64,000 bases of DNA from Bacillota bacterium (GCA_050949175.1 JBMNFG010000010.1:222186-286185); one strand, 5' to 3'; numbered from the stretch's first letter, positions 12,017 through 19,799 are shown. Notes: generated by a model from the letters alone, not told the origin. Numbers and translations: made by a program.

Positions 12017-12475
12017 TTAGATTTCCACGACCAATCTGGCGTGACTTACTTTATTCATAGGAATATCGATGATTTCCCCATCGATTTCTAACTGAACTAC
12101 ATCATCTACAAGCCCCAGCAATTTACCTTCCAGTGATTTCTTGCCGTTTATCGGCATGTAGGTGTTGACACGTATTCGTCTGCCGCGAAACCTGATATAG
12201 TCTGATTCTCCGCGAAGAGGTTTCTCCCCTGACGATGACACCTCTAAGACATACCTGTGGGGAATGGGATCGAGATCATCCAGCTTCCTCCCTAACGTCT
12301 CATTGATGTACGTACAATCATCTATAGAAACCCCGTCCGGGCAATCGATGTAAACCCTGAGATACCAGTGTCCGCCTTCTTTTTCATACATGACATCTAC
12401 GATTTCAATGTCTGTGCCTTCCGCTATCTCATCAAGCATCGCGCTGACCATAGCTTCTACTTCTTTCGGCTTCAA
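12017..12475 (-). CDS. rimP: ribosome maturation factor RimP
   Basis: IEIVDVMYEKEGGHWYLRVYIDCPDGVSIDDC...LEVSSSGEKPL. Probable TTG start at 12475, 8 nt after GGGAGG. The listed ORF extends to 12565. Confidence 0.88.
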   Translation of the reverse strand: MKPKEVEAMVSAMLDEIAEGTDIEIVDVMYEKEGGHWYLRVYIDCPDGVSIDDCTYINETLGRKLDDLDPIPHRYVLEVSSSGEKPLRGESDYIRFRGRRIRVNTYMPINGKKSLEGKLLGLVDDVVQLEIDGEIIDIPMNKVSHARLVVEI

Positions 12476-12531
12476 TGCATATTCCTCCCTGCATGCCGGG
12501 CATGAACTTGCGGAACAAGCCGCTATCCATA

Positions 12532-12557
12532 TGTGACCAAAATCTGTGACCAAAATC
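12532..12557. repeat. perfect tandem duplication of a 13-mer (TGTGACCAAAATC x2) in the rimP-nusA-infB leader/promoter region
   Basis: Read directly at 12532-12544 and 12545-12557, 57-82 nt upstream of the proposed rimP start. Confidence 0.8.
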
Positions 12558-12788
12558 CGTTGCACAACATGAAAGAGTGGGTCTCCCCACTCTCTACCTA
12601 CAACTCCTGCAGCGACGATTACTGGAAGGTTCTACGCCAAAGTATAACACATGCATATTCGTGTTGCAACAAGTCGTACATCTTCCTATTGCGGTCTTTG
12701 GAATAACTCAAGTAATGTCTCATACCATTGTTTTGAGGACCCTCAGGACTCTCTTAAGAGGACCGTTCTATCAGAAGGCAGTGATGCT

Positions 12789-13055
12789 ATGGATCCTCAT
12801 GAAAATCCTGTAACCCTAATGGCATACATTCGTGTGATCGGTGCCGGAGCTGAAATAGCAGCTGCTATTCTTATGATGAAGATGAATACGGTTGAGGCAG
12901 CTCTCAGAATCAACGCAATCCTTGGACTCCTCGGCCCTATTGTCTTGATAGCAGTCAGCGCCCTGGGTTTGTGGGGCCTTGTAGAACGGGTCTCCTTAGC
13001 CAAACTGGCACTGGTACTCTGTGGTTCTATACTAATAATAATAGGAACCAGATAA
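12789..13055 (+). CDS. small three-helix membrane protein, YqhV/DUF2619-like
   Basis: 88 aa with hydrophobic segments (AYIRVIGAGAEIAAAILMMKMN..., AILGLLGPIVLIAVSALGLWG, LALVLCGSILIIIG). The family assignment is from memory of B. subtilis YqhV. Confidence 0.5.
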   Translation: MDPHENPVTLMAYIRVIGAGAEIAAAILMMKMNTVEAALRINAILGLLGPIVLIAVSALGLWGLVERVSLAKLALVLCGSILIIIGTR

Positions 13056-13081
13056 CCGATGCGAAGAAAGCTAAGGAATCC

Positions 13082-13110
13082 TTGAAATTGACTGTGGGCA
13101 AGTGTAAAAT
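13082..13110 (+). promoter_or_regulatory. sigma-A type promoter candidate for the EF-G paralogue
   Basis: TTGAAA (13082-13087), 17-nt spacer, TAAAAT (13105-13110), about 140 nt upstream of the TTG start. Confidence 0.45.
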
Positions 13111-13248
13111 GATGAAGGTATACAAGCACCGTAAGACGATTTACGAAGACATTTTGCAGTTCGCAAGGAGCTTTCCTGCGGTCATTTCTTACCAAGTTTT
13201 GTACCACTGTTCTCTAATTTGTAAGAGGATTTCAAGGAGGAGATTCGT

Positions 13249-15336
13249 TTGAAAAGGTACCGGACAGAGGACATCCGGAATGTTGCTTTAGTTGCACATA
13301 GTGGAGCCGGAAAAACCAGCCTTGGCGACGCCGTGCTGTTCAATGCTAAAGCCATTGATAGAATGGGCAGGGTCGACGAAGGCACAAGCACACTGGACTA
13401 TGAACCTGATGAGATCAAGCGCAAGATTACGATATCGACTACAGTGGCTCATTGCGAATGGCAGAACACCAAGATCAACCTGGTGGACACGCCGGGATAC
13501 GCTGACTTTATCGGGGACGTGAAGAGCGGGCTTCGCGTAGTAGAGTCAGCCATTGTTGCGGTTTGCGCTACTGCAGGCGTGGAAGTGGGAACTGAAAACG
13601 TCTGGCAGTTCGCGGATGAGAGAGCACTTCCCAGGATGGTCGTCATTACCAAACTGGATAGAGAAAACGCTGACTTCTATAAGACTATAGATGCTGTGCG
13701 GAACACATTCGGAACGAAATGCGCTGTGATCCAGCTTCCCATAGGCTCTCAGGATTCTTTCCGCGGAGTTGTTGACCTCATCTCAATGAAAGCCTACGTT
13801 TACGACGGCAGTTCCAGCGGCAAGTTCCAAGAACAAGACATCCCCGATGATCTGAAAGAAACCGCTGAAAACTATCGCAGTGAGCTTATTGAAGCAGCTG
13901 TCGAAAGTGACGATGAATTGATCGAAAAATACCTCGAAGGTGAAGAACTGTCAGAGGAAGAGATCAGAAAAGGCCTACGGCAAGGAGTTGCGGAAGGCAG
14001 CGTATACCCAATAATATGTGTCTCAGCTCTTAAGAACGTCGGCATCAAACAGATGCTGGACACTATAGTAGCATACCTTCCCTCACCTGCCGATATCGAC
14101 AGGATTGAAGGAAAGGCGCCTGGCTCTGACGAGACAAAAGAACTGGCACCCAAAGACGATGCTCCTCTTTCCGCCCTTGTTTTCAAAACCACTGCTGACC
14201 CGTTCGTCGGAAAGATAAGCCTTTTCCGCGTATATTCCGGTACCATGCGGTCAGATGGGCAAGTCTATAACAGCAATGAAGATACCACTGAAAGAGTGGG
14301 ACAGCTGTTCTTCATGAAAGGAAAGCAGCAGGAGCCTGTAGATCAGGTATCTGCGGGAGATATCGGTGCGGTGGCAAAACTAGGGGTAACCGGCACCGGT
14401 GATACACTTTGCGACAAATCTAACCCTGTTGTGCTGCCTGGGATCAACTTCCCCAAGCCTACGCTTGCAATGGCTATGAAGCCTAAGGCAAAAGGTGATG
14501 AAGATAAAATCGGTTCAGGCCTTGCCCGGCTCACAGAGGAAGACCCCACAATCGTCGTGCATCGCGACGCTGAGACTGCTGAGACTATTGTGGAAGGACT
14601 CGGCGAAGTCCACCTTGAGGTAACAGCAGAAAGATTAAAGAGGAAATTCGGGGCTGAGGTTGTCCTAGACACACCGAGAATACCCTATCGTGAGACGATA
14701 CGTGGAACTGCAAAGGCAGAAGGCAAGCACAAGAAACAGACGGGAGGACGTGGACAATACGGCCATGTATTCCTAGAGATTTCTCCTCTACCTCCTGGAG
14801 GCGATTTCGAGTTTGAAGACAAGATCTTCGGAGGCGCTGTTCCGAAGCAATATATACCTGCAGTTGAGAAAGGCGTGCGAGAAACACTTGTCGAGGGCGT
14901 GCTGGCAGGGTATCCGCTGGTTGATCTGAAAGTTACTCTCTATGACGGTTCATATCACCCTGTAGACTCCTCGGAAATGGCATTTAAGATAGCTTCGTCC
15001 ATGGCTCTTAAGAAAGGCGTCATGGATGCATCCCCTGTTCTTCTCGAACCTATCATGGACGTGGAAGTTACGGTCCCTGAGTACCAAATGGGTGACGTCA
15101 TGGGCGACCTGAACAAGAGGAGAGGAAGGATCTTAGGGATGGAACCCCAAGGTAACAAACAAGTCATCAAAGCCCAGGTTCCTATGGCAGAGATGTTCAA
15201 ATACGCAATAGACCTTCGCTCGATTACTGCAGGACGCGGGTCTTTCACAATGGAGTTTTCCCACTATGAAGAGGTTCCTGCAGCCATCAGCCAGCAGGTA
15301 ATCGAAAAAGCGAAGCAAGAGCGAGAACAGCAGTAA
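13249..15336 (+). CDS. elongation factor G paralogue (EF-G2-like translational GTPase)
   Basis: 695 aa with AHSGAGKTSLGDAVLF, DTPGYADF and TKLD motifs and full five-domain length. TTG start follows AAGGAGG. It is not in an rpsL-rpsG-fusA-tuf context. Confidence 0.9.
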   Translation: MKRYRTEDIRNVALVAHSGAGKTSLGDAVLFNAKAIDRMGRVDEGTSTLDYEPDEIKRKITISTTVAHCEWQNTKINLVDTPGYADFIGDVKSGLRVVESAIVAVCATAGVEVGTENVWQFADERALPRMVVITKLDRENADFYKTIDAVRNTFGTKCAVIQLPIGSQDSFRGVVDLISMKAYVYDGSSSGKFQEQDIPDDLKETAENYRSELIEAAVESDDELIEKYLEGEELSEEEIRKGLRQGVAEGSVYPIICVSALKNVGIKQMLDTIVAYLPSPADIDRIEGKAPGSDETKELAPKDDAPLSALVFKTTADPFVGKISLFRVYSGTMRSDGQVYNSNEDTTERVGQLFFMKGKQQEPVDQVSAGDIGAVAKLGVTGTGDTLCDKSNPVVLPGINFPKPTLAMAMKPKAKGDEDKIGSGLARLTEEDPTIVVHRDAETAETIVEGLGEVHLEVTAERLKRKFGAEVVLDTPRIPYRETIRGTAKAEGKHKKQTGGRGQYGHVFLEISPLPPGGDFEFEDKIFGGAVPKQYIPAVEKGVRETLVEGVLAGYPLVDLKVTLYDGSYHPVDSSEMAFKIASSMALKKGVMDASPVLLEPIMDVEVTVPEYQMGDVMGDLNKRRGRILGMEPQGNKQVIKAQVPMAEMFKYAIDLRSITAGRGSFTMEFSHYEEVPAAISQQVIEKAKQEREQQ

Positions 15337-15355
15337 GCTTGAAAGGGTAACCTTG

Positions 15356-15383
15356 AAGGGGTTCGCATATATGCGAACCCCTT
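15356..15383. terminator. bidirectional intrinsic terminator between convergent genes
   Basis: AAGGGGTTCGCAT / ATGCGAACCCCTT palindrome followed by TCTTTTG on the plus strand. Confidence 0.8.
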
Positions 15384-15432
15384 TCTTTTGCAGAGTATTC
15401 TCGGGAAAAAGGTGCCTCGCAGGATAAAGGCC

Positions 15433-15867
15433 TTAACAATCATCAAATCCCACGGGACACACAAACGGACACCGCCGAGTGAGCTTACACGCGTGGAACA
15501 TCACGCATGGGCACGGACAGGGACACGGCGGACACGGCGGCGGACACGGAGGACACGGACTGGGAGACGGCATTACAGCCGAGTTGTCTGTCTGATCTCC
15601 CAGACATTGCCTTACAACTGCATTTATGGCTCTTTCCTTCTGTGCTATTGCAGCTATCTCCTGTGCCATGACACACTCTAAAGCCCTCACCCTATCAACC
15701 AGTGCCTCAAAGGGCAGTTCCGGCGCAGTATCAGGAAGCCAGTTCGCAACCTTCTCCGCTTTATCTGCTAAAGAGGTCAGGATGCGCGCCAGCTGTTCTT
15801 CTTCTGTTGCAACTGCCGCAAGGATCCTGTCACAAGGATCCGGCGAACATGGGATGCATCTTGCCAC
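15433..15867 (-). CDS. paralogue 1 of a three-member family: conserved N-terminal helical module plus a Cys/Pro-repeat tail (PSPSPCPPCPPPCPPCPCPCPC...)
   Basis: The N-terminal blocks DRILAAVATEEEQLARILTSLADKAEK and ECVMAQEIAAIAQKERAINAVVRQCLG align with the ORFs at 17676-18026 and 18838-19635. Likely GTG start at 15867, 8 nt after AAGGAGG. The listed ORF starts at 15876. Confidence 0.75.
   Translation of the reverse strand: MARCIPCSPDPCDRILAAVATEEEQLARILTSLADKAEKVANWLPDTAPELPFEALVDRVRALECVMAQEIAAIAQKERAINAVVRQCLGDQTDNSAVMPSPSPCPPCPPPCPPCPCPCPCVMFHACKLTRRCPFVCPVGFDDC
15511..15570 (-). repeat. GACACGG heptamer micro-repeat encoding the Cys-Pro tract
   Basis: gcacggacagggacacggcggacacggcggcggacacggaggacacggactgggagacgg contains four exact GACACGG copies plus two degenerate copies at irregular 2-5 nt spacing. 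Confidence 0.8.
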
Positions 15868-15872
15868 ATCAG

Positions 15873-16484
15873 TCACCTCCTTTCAGGTGCGTTGCATTTC
15901 AGGGGTTTTGCTAATATCCGTTTAAGAAGACAGGTCCATCTCTGCTTCCATAGGGATTCCGGGTAACCTTCGGCTAATTTCCGTGCATTCTCTCCCATCC
16001 TTCTACGCAGCCCTTCATTGCCGGCCAGTTCAAGAAGAGCCTGAAACACATTGGCAACAGCCGGGTATAGCAGATAGCCGTTCCACCCGTGAACAACATG
16101 TTCAGCGAGCCCTCCCGCAAATCCGGCTATGACAGGGAGTCCGCATGCCATAGCCATGAGGCATACCTTCGGGGCTGCAAGATGCCAATGGTAGTAAATC
16201 CTCAGGTCATATCCAAGGCTTCTACGGGCAAATACCGAGTTCAGTCCGGGAAACATAGACAGATGATCCGGATCTTGGTCAATGCCGAAGACGCGAACTC
16301 CATCAAATACCCGTTGCGGAATGGGAGATGCCTGAAACACATCTACCTGCCAGCTGAGTTCATCTCTGATGAAACGAATAAGCTTCAGTAAGCCTAGGTT
16401 TTCTTCAACAGGTAGAAACCTGTCCAGAGTCGGGTGCAACATGTAGTCAGTTAGAATGGCAATACTGTAAGAACCTTGCTTCAC
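15873..16484 (-). CDS. half-size glycosyltransferase (GT-B C-terminal Rossmann half only)
   Basis: 203 aa with CGLPVIAGFAGGLAEHVVHGWNGYLL and a C-terminal helix typical of GT4/GT1. Its GTG start overlaps the upstream stop by 3 nt (...ATGTGA...), and the SD for the next gene lies at its 3' end. Confidence 0.7.
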   Translation of the reverse strand: MKQGSYSIAILTDYMLHPTLDRFLPVEENLGLLKLIRFIRDELSWQVDVFQASPIPQRVFDGVRVFGIDQDPDHLSMFPGLNSVFARRSLGYDLRIYYHWHLAAPKVCLMAMACGLPVIAGFAGGLAEHVVHGWNGYLLYPAVANVFQALLELAGNEGLRRRMGENARKLAEGYPESLWKQRWTCLLKRILAKPLKCNAPERR

Positions 16485-17617
16485 ATTTCATCATCTCCCC
16501 AGACGCTTCTCAGCGTCTTTCGCCATCTTTCCTTCCATCGCTCCAGTGAAAACTGGAATGATGTCTCCAGTGCCTGTCTGCCCAGAGTTTGCCGAAGTTC
16601 AGGATGAAGAATAAGGCTCTCAACCGCTTCCTCCAGCGTCTCAGGGGATACGTTGATAAGAATGCCGTTGTACCCGTCTATCACGAGATCGGTAAGCCCT
16701 CCTACGTGCCCGCATATCACAGGTTTTCCGCAGGCCATGGCTTCAAGGCAAGCAAGGGACGTGCCTTCCGCAGCCCTGGTGGGAATGACGACAATATCCG
16801 CCATCCGGTAGAGATCCGGCATATTCTCCATGGGAACCCAGTAGTACAGGCATCTCGGATTCTCTTTAGCCCATCCGTTCATTTCAGCTTCGGAATCATC
16901 AGTTCCACCTCTACCCACGATGTGGAATTCCAAAGATGGGTATCTTCGCGTCAACCTCTCAGCTACAACTTTGACATCATCCAGTCCCCGGATCCATGTC
17001 AACCGTCTAGGATAAAGAACGACCAACGACTCGCCGGATTTCTTGTCTTCACCTGGATAGAACTCTGTGCGGTCTACAAAATTCGGGATATACGCTTGCT
17101 TGTGCTCATATCCGGGCCATGTAGCCCTTAACCAGTTCAAAGTGTTCGTATCCACGGAAACCACGAGCTCACAAGCGGTTACCGCGTAATGCAGCCTCCT
17201 CAGCCACTCCTCTTTCAGGGGTCCTGATAGAGGCGACCAAGTATGAGCCGGGTAATCCCATCCTATTCCATGGGAAATGACAATTGAGTTAGGTTTTACC
17301 CGCGGGAAGGCAAGAGGCAATGCGAAGTATATGGCTTTATCGTAACCTGCAGTGTTCTCAAAAAACTGGATGTTGAGATCGGGCAACCCGCCGAATTCCG
17401 CCCTGCCCTTAGGAAGCCCTCGGATTCTCAAACCTTTTACCAGTCGATCTTCCGAGCCCACTTGCCAAACACACGGTTCGTAGCCTGATTCCTCCAAAAA
17501 CTCACAGAGATGCACAAGATATCTGTCAGCACCGCTGAACATCATCCTATCGCCTTCTGTAATGAAAATACTTGTCAAAATGGCAACGCGTCTGTCAAAG
17601 TTCACAGATATCAACAC
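16481..17617 (-). CDS. GT4-family glycosyltransferase
   Basis: 378 aa. It has EGTSLACLEAMACGKPVICGHVGGLTDLVIDGYNGILI and an N-terminal GT-B half. The exact start is uncertain: GTG 17617 abuts the GGAGG, and GTG 17605 is better spaced. Confidence 0.85.
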   Translation of the reverse strand: MLISVNFDRRVAILTSIFITEGDRMMFSGADRYLVHLCEFLEESGYEPCVWQVGSEDRLVKGLRIRGLPKGRAEFGGLPDLNIQFFENTAGYDKAIYFALPLAFPRVKPNSIVISHGIGWDYPAHTWSPLSGPLKEEWLRRLHYAVTACELVVSVDTNTLNWLRATWPGYEHKQAYIPNFVDRTEFYPGEDKKSGESLVVLYPRRLTWIRGLDDVKVVAERLTRRYPSLEFHIVGRGGTDDSEAEMNGWAKENPRCLYYWVPMENMPDLYRMADIVVIPTRAAEGTSLACLEAMACGKPVICGHVGGLTDLVIDGYNGILINVSPETLEEAVESLILHPELRQTLGRQALETSFQFSLERWKERWRKTLRSVWGDDEM

Positions 17618-17635
17618 CTCCGTGAATGGTGAGTA

Positions 17636-17661
17636 GGGTTGGGCAAGGCTCTGCCCAACCC
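17636..17661 (-). promoter_or_regulatory. 10-bp GC-rich stem-loop between paralogue 2 and the glycosyltransferase genes (possible partial terminator or mRNA stabiliser)
   Basis: GGGTTGGGCA aggctc TGCCCAACCC. No U-tract follows on the minus strand. Confidence 0.4.
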
Positions 17662-17675
17662 ATTCGACGTCAGAT

Positions 17676-18026
17676 TCATTCTAGCGGCGGAAACGGAGGT
17701 ACCGGCGGCAGCGTCGGTTCGGCTACACAAGGTCCCACTGTCAAATTGATAGGACCTATCAGGTTCCCAAGCACTGCAGCAACTTTGAGAGCAATTGCAA
17801 ACTCCTTGCAGGCCATTGCTCCGATTACCTCGGCTATCGAATCCTCTATCGATAGCGCTTTACCCAGAATAGTATTGGGACTCTCAGTTTCAGGGAACTC
17901 GAGAGGCGTGATAAGGGCTGCAGACGCAGCAGCTTTATCTGCTTCGGCAGAAAGGATGGACGCAAGGAATTCCTGCTCGTCTGCGACTGTGCTTAAGATT
18001 CTGTCTATGACTGTACCGTTTGGCAT
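17676..18026 (-). CDS. paralogue 2: same N-terminal module with a short Pro-rich tail (PTLPPVPPFPPLE)
   Basis: DRILSTVADEQEFLASILSAEADKAAA and EDSIAEVIGAMACKEFAIALKVAAVLG blocks. ATG at 18026 follows GGGAGG. Confidence 0.75.
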   Translation of the reverse strand: MPNGTVIDRILSTVADEQEFLASILSAEADKAAASAALITPLEFPETESPNTILGKALSIEDSIAEVIGAMACKEFAIALKVAAVLGNLIGPINLTVGPCVAEPTLPPVPPFPPLE

Positions 18027-18114
18027 TCTGGATTAAACCTCCCTACCTATCTTTGGACTGCGCTCCTTCAAAGCGCGGTCTAGTCCATGATATGAAGCAG
18101 CAGGATCCTTGGAC

Positions 18115-18142
18115 ACACAGTTCATGCTTAAAGCATAGAATA
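18115..18142 (+). promoter_or_regulatory. sigma-K-like (late mother-cell) promoter candidate for the DUF3794 gene
   Basis: CATAGAATA at 18134-18142 fits the B. subtilis sigma-K -10 consensus CATA-N3-TA. AC dinucleotides lie 15 and 17 nt upstream. Confidence 0.3.
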
Positions 18143-18174
18143 ATCTGACTTGAGGTACAAGGAGTTGGGCCTCT

Positions 18175-18741
18175 ATGAATCGACTAGATCGACAAACAAT
18201 CATAAAACCTTTATTTGAGTGCGAACGGAATACCTGGTGTAAACCGGAAAAAACGACGGTGCTGATAGGTGAAGCAGAAGTCCAGACAGTGAAAAGAACG
18301 GCGTTTCCAGTTCCGAAATGCGGTTTTCCCGCAAAAAAGATCATTGCAGTCCACGTAGAAGTAGTTGACACAACTGACACGATATTCAAAAACAAAGTAG
18401 TAAAAGAAGGCGTATTCCAGGTGGACATCATTTACGCATCCTGTGACGGGCTGGTTCACCATGTATGTCATGAAATCCCGTTCATGACATCTGCTCACAT
18501 CAAATGCGTCCGTCCGGGAATGCATGTTCAAAACGAAGTCATTGACACTGAACAGAAAATCGAAATAGTTACAACACCGCGGCGCGGGGCCAAATGCCAA
18601 TGCTTTGATGTTATGGTCGCGGCAACATTTCTCATAAGAGTAACTGCCGACGTTGTCAAGAGCCCGGTTCAACGCCATACAGTCGGACGCTGCTGTCCTC
18701 ACCATAAGAAGACTGCATCGTCTTTAAGAAGAAAGAAATAG
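18175..18741 (+). CDS. DUF3794-domain protein (a domain seen in clostridial spore-coat morphogenetic proteins)
   Basis: The pattern KKIIAVHVEVVDTTDTIFKNKVVKEGVFQVDIIYASCDGLVHHVCHEIPFMTSAHI...PGMHV matches my memory of DUF3794 repeats. The Cys- and Lys-rich tail is unusual. Confidence 0.6.
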   Translation: MNRLDRQTIIKPLFECERNTWCKPEKTTVLIGEAEVQTVKRTAFPVPKCGFPAKKIIAVHVEVVDTTDTIFKNKVVKEGVFQVDIIYASCDGLVHHVCHEIPFMTSAHIKCVRPGMHVQNEVIDTEQKIEIVTTPRRGAKCQCFDVMVAATFLIRVTADVVKSPVQRHTVGRCCPHHKKTASSLRRKK

Positions 18742-18753
18742 TCACCAAATAAT

Positions 18754-18778
18754 AAGGGGGCAGTCTTCACGCCCCCTT
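18754..18778. terminator. bidirectional terminator hairpin between convergent genes
   Basis: AAGGGGGC agtcttcac GCCCCCTT, with moderately T-rich flanks on both strands. Confidence 0.7.
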
Positions 18779-18837
18779 ATCATTATGATTTACTTACCGG
18801 CTCCTTTTCCATCAGGCTTATTCACAAACTTCAAAGT

Positions 18838-19635
18838 CTACTGCGAACCAAATGTCACAAGATCGATTGATGATTCCCCTGCTCCTTCTTTTATAAACGT
18901 GATTGTTGCCGAAGTTGCGTTTTCCGGTGTGTCCAAGACATATACATAAGTATGGTATCCTTGGCCCAATGTTGTAATTACCCTGTTAAACGTAGAAATA
19001 GACCCGTTACTGAAAAACTCTACCTGTACTGAGAGTGTAGGGCCTGCCGGGTTTCCGGATGCTGCAAAAGTAAGCTGGTAAGGACATCCACCGTTTACCG
19101 GGACAGTCTGAGAGATTGATGCATCCTGACTGGTATTAGGTGAGCCTAGAACTGCAACAACATTTCCCGAGAAAACGGTAGATACCGGTTCTCCGTTCCG
19201 CACACGGGGCTCGGCGTTCACTACATCCCATCCCACTAGTTGAGGGTCCTCCGGATCTGAGCCGGTATCCTCGAAATCCCCGTTTATGATTACATCCCCT
19301 GTGCTAGGACATTGTTCTTCAGGACAGGGCAAACATTTGTCACGGCTAATGACTTTCCAGATAATAGGACCGCATTTCGTTCCCAAAAGGGCACATAGCT
19401 TCGCTGCAATGGCAATCTCTTTCTCAGCCGCAGAACTGAGAACACAACTTACAGACCTTTGTATTTGCACAATGCTTCCGATTATCTCATTTGGCGTCAG
19501 CTGCTCAAGGTCCTCGTCTGTAATCAGCGTAATCCAGCGCGCTGTCTCAGCTGCCTTGACTGCCTCGGCCGACAGTATACTTGCTATAGACTCCTCTTCG
19601 TCGGCGATGACGGATAAGATCTCACTTGTGCTCAT
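18838..19635 (-). CDS. paralogue 3: same N-terminal module fused to a roughly 170-aa beta-sandwich (CBM-like) domain
   Basis: SEILSVIADEEESIASILSAEAVKAAE and QRSVSCVLSSAAEKEIAIAAKLCALLG blocks, a Cys-rich linker (CLPCPEEQCPS), then INGDFEDTG...LVGW... typical of CBM4_9-type jelly rolls. ATG at 19635 follows GGAGG. Confidence 0.8.
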   Translation of the reverse strand: MSTSEILSVIADEEESIASILSAEAVKAAETARWITLITDEDLEQLTPNEIIGSIVQIQRSVSCVLSSAAEKEIAIAAKLCALLGTKCGPIIWKVISRDKCLPCPEEQCPSTGDVIINGDFEDTGSDPEDPQLVGWDVVNAEPRVRNGEPVSTVFSGNVVAVLGSPNTSQDASISQTVPVNGGCPYQLTFAASGNPAGPTLSVQVEFFSNGSISTFNRVITTLGQGYHTYVYVLDTPENATSATITFIKEGAGESSIDLVTFGSQ

Positions 19636-19727
19636 GTATAGACCTCCTTGAGCGTGTGGTGTGATATCGCATTATTATATGTTGGACATCACCTGAACGG
19701 TAGTCCAATAAGTCTCTCAAAAACCAA

Positions 19728-19753
19728 AACGGGGCAGATATTACTGCCCCGTT
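19728..19753 (-). terminator. intrinsic terminator downstream of the COG2403 gene
   Basis: AACGGGGCAG taatat CTGCCCCGTT followed by TTGGTTTTT on the minus strand. Confidence 0.8.
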
Positions 19754-19799
19754 CATGCATTTTAGCTGTCTCACAGCAGGTTATGACGTTGCACTGCAG

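Noticed and set aside
15511-15570. Possible CRISPR or minisatellite array
   Set aside because: The units are only 7 nt long with irregular 2-5 nt spacers. They lie inside a coding frame and translate to a coherent Cys-Pro tract. No cas genes are nearby.
15388-15681. Plus-strand ORF rich in RTRR repeats
   Set aside because: It is the antisense reading of the Cys-Pro (GACACGG) repeat. It starts inside the terminator region and has no RBS.
18033-18705. Minus-strand ORFs 18033-18431 and 18211-18705 overlapping the DUF3794 gene
   Set aside because: The plus-strand ORF has a recognisable domain pattern, an RBS and a terminator. The minus-strand ORFs have neither and sit in the divergent promoter region and gene body.
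15433-19635. Reading the three paralogues as RiPP or glycocin precursors (conserved leader plus variable core) modified by the adjacent glycosyltransferases
   Set aside because: No leader peptidase, ABC exporter, thiol-disulfide oxidoreductase or immunity gene is present. The GTs look GT4-like rather than SunS-like GT2. One C-terminus is a 170-aa folded beta sandwich. I kept this only as a minor alternative to the spore-surface hypothesis.
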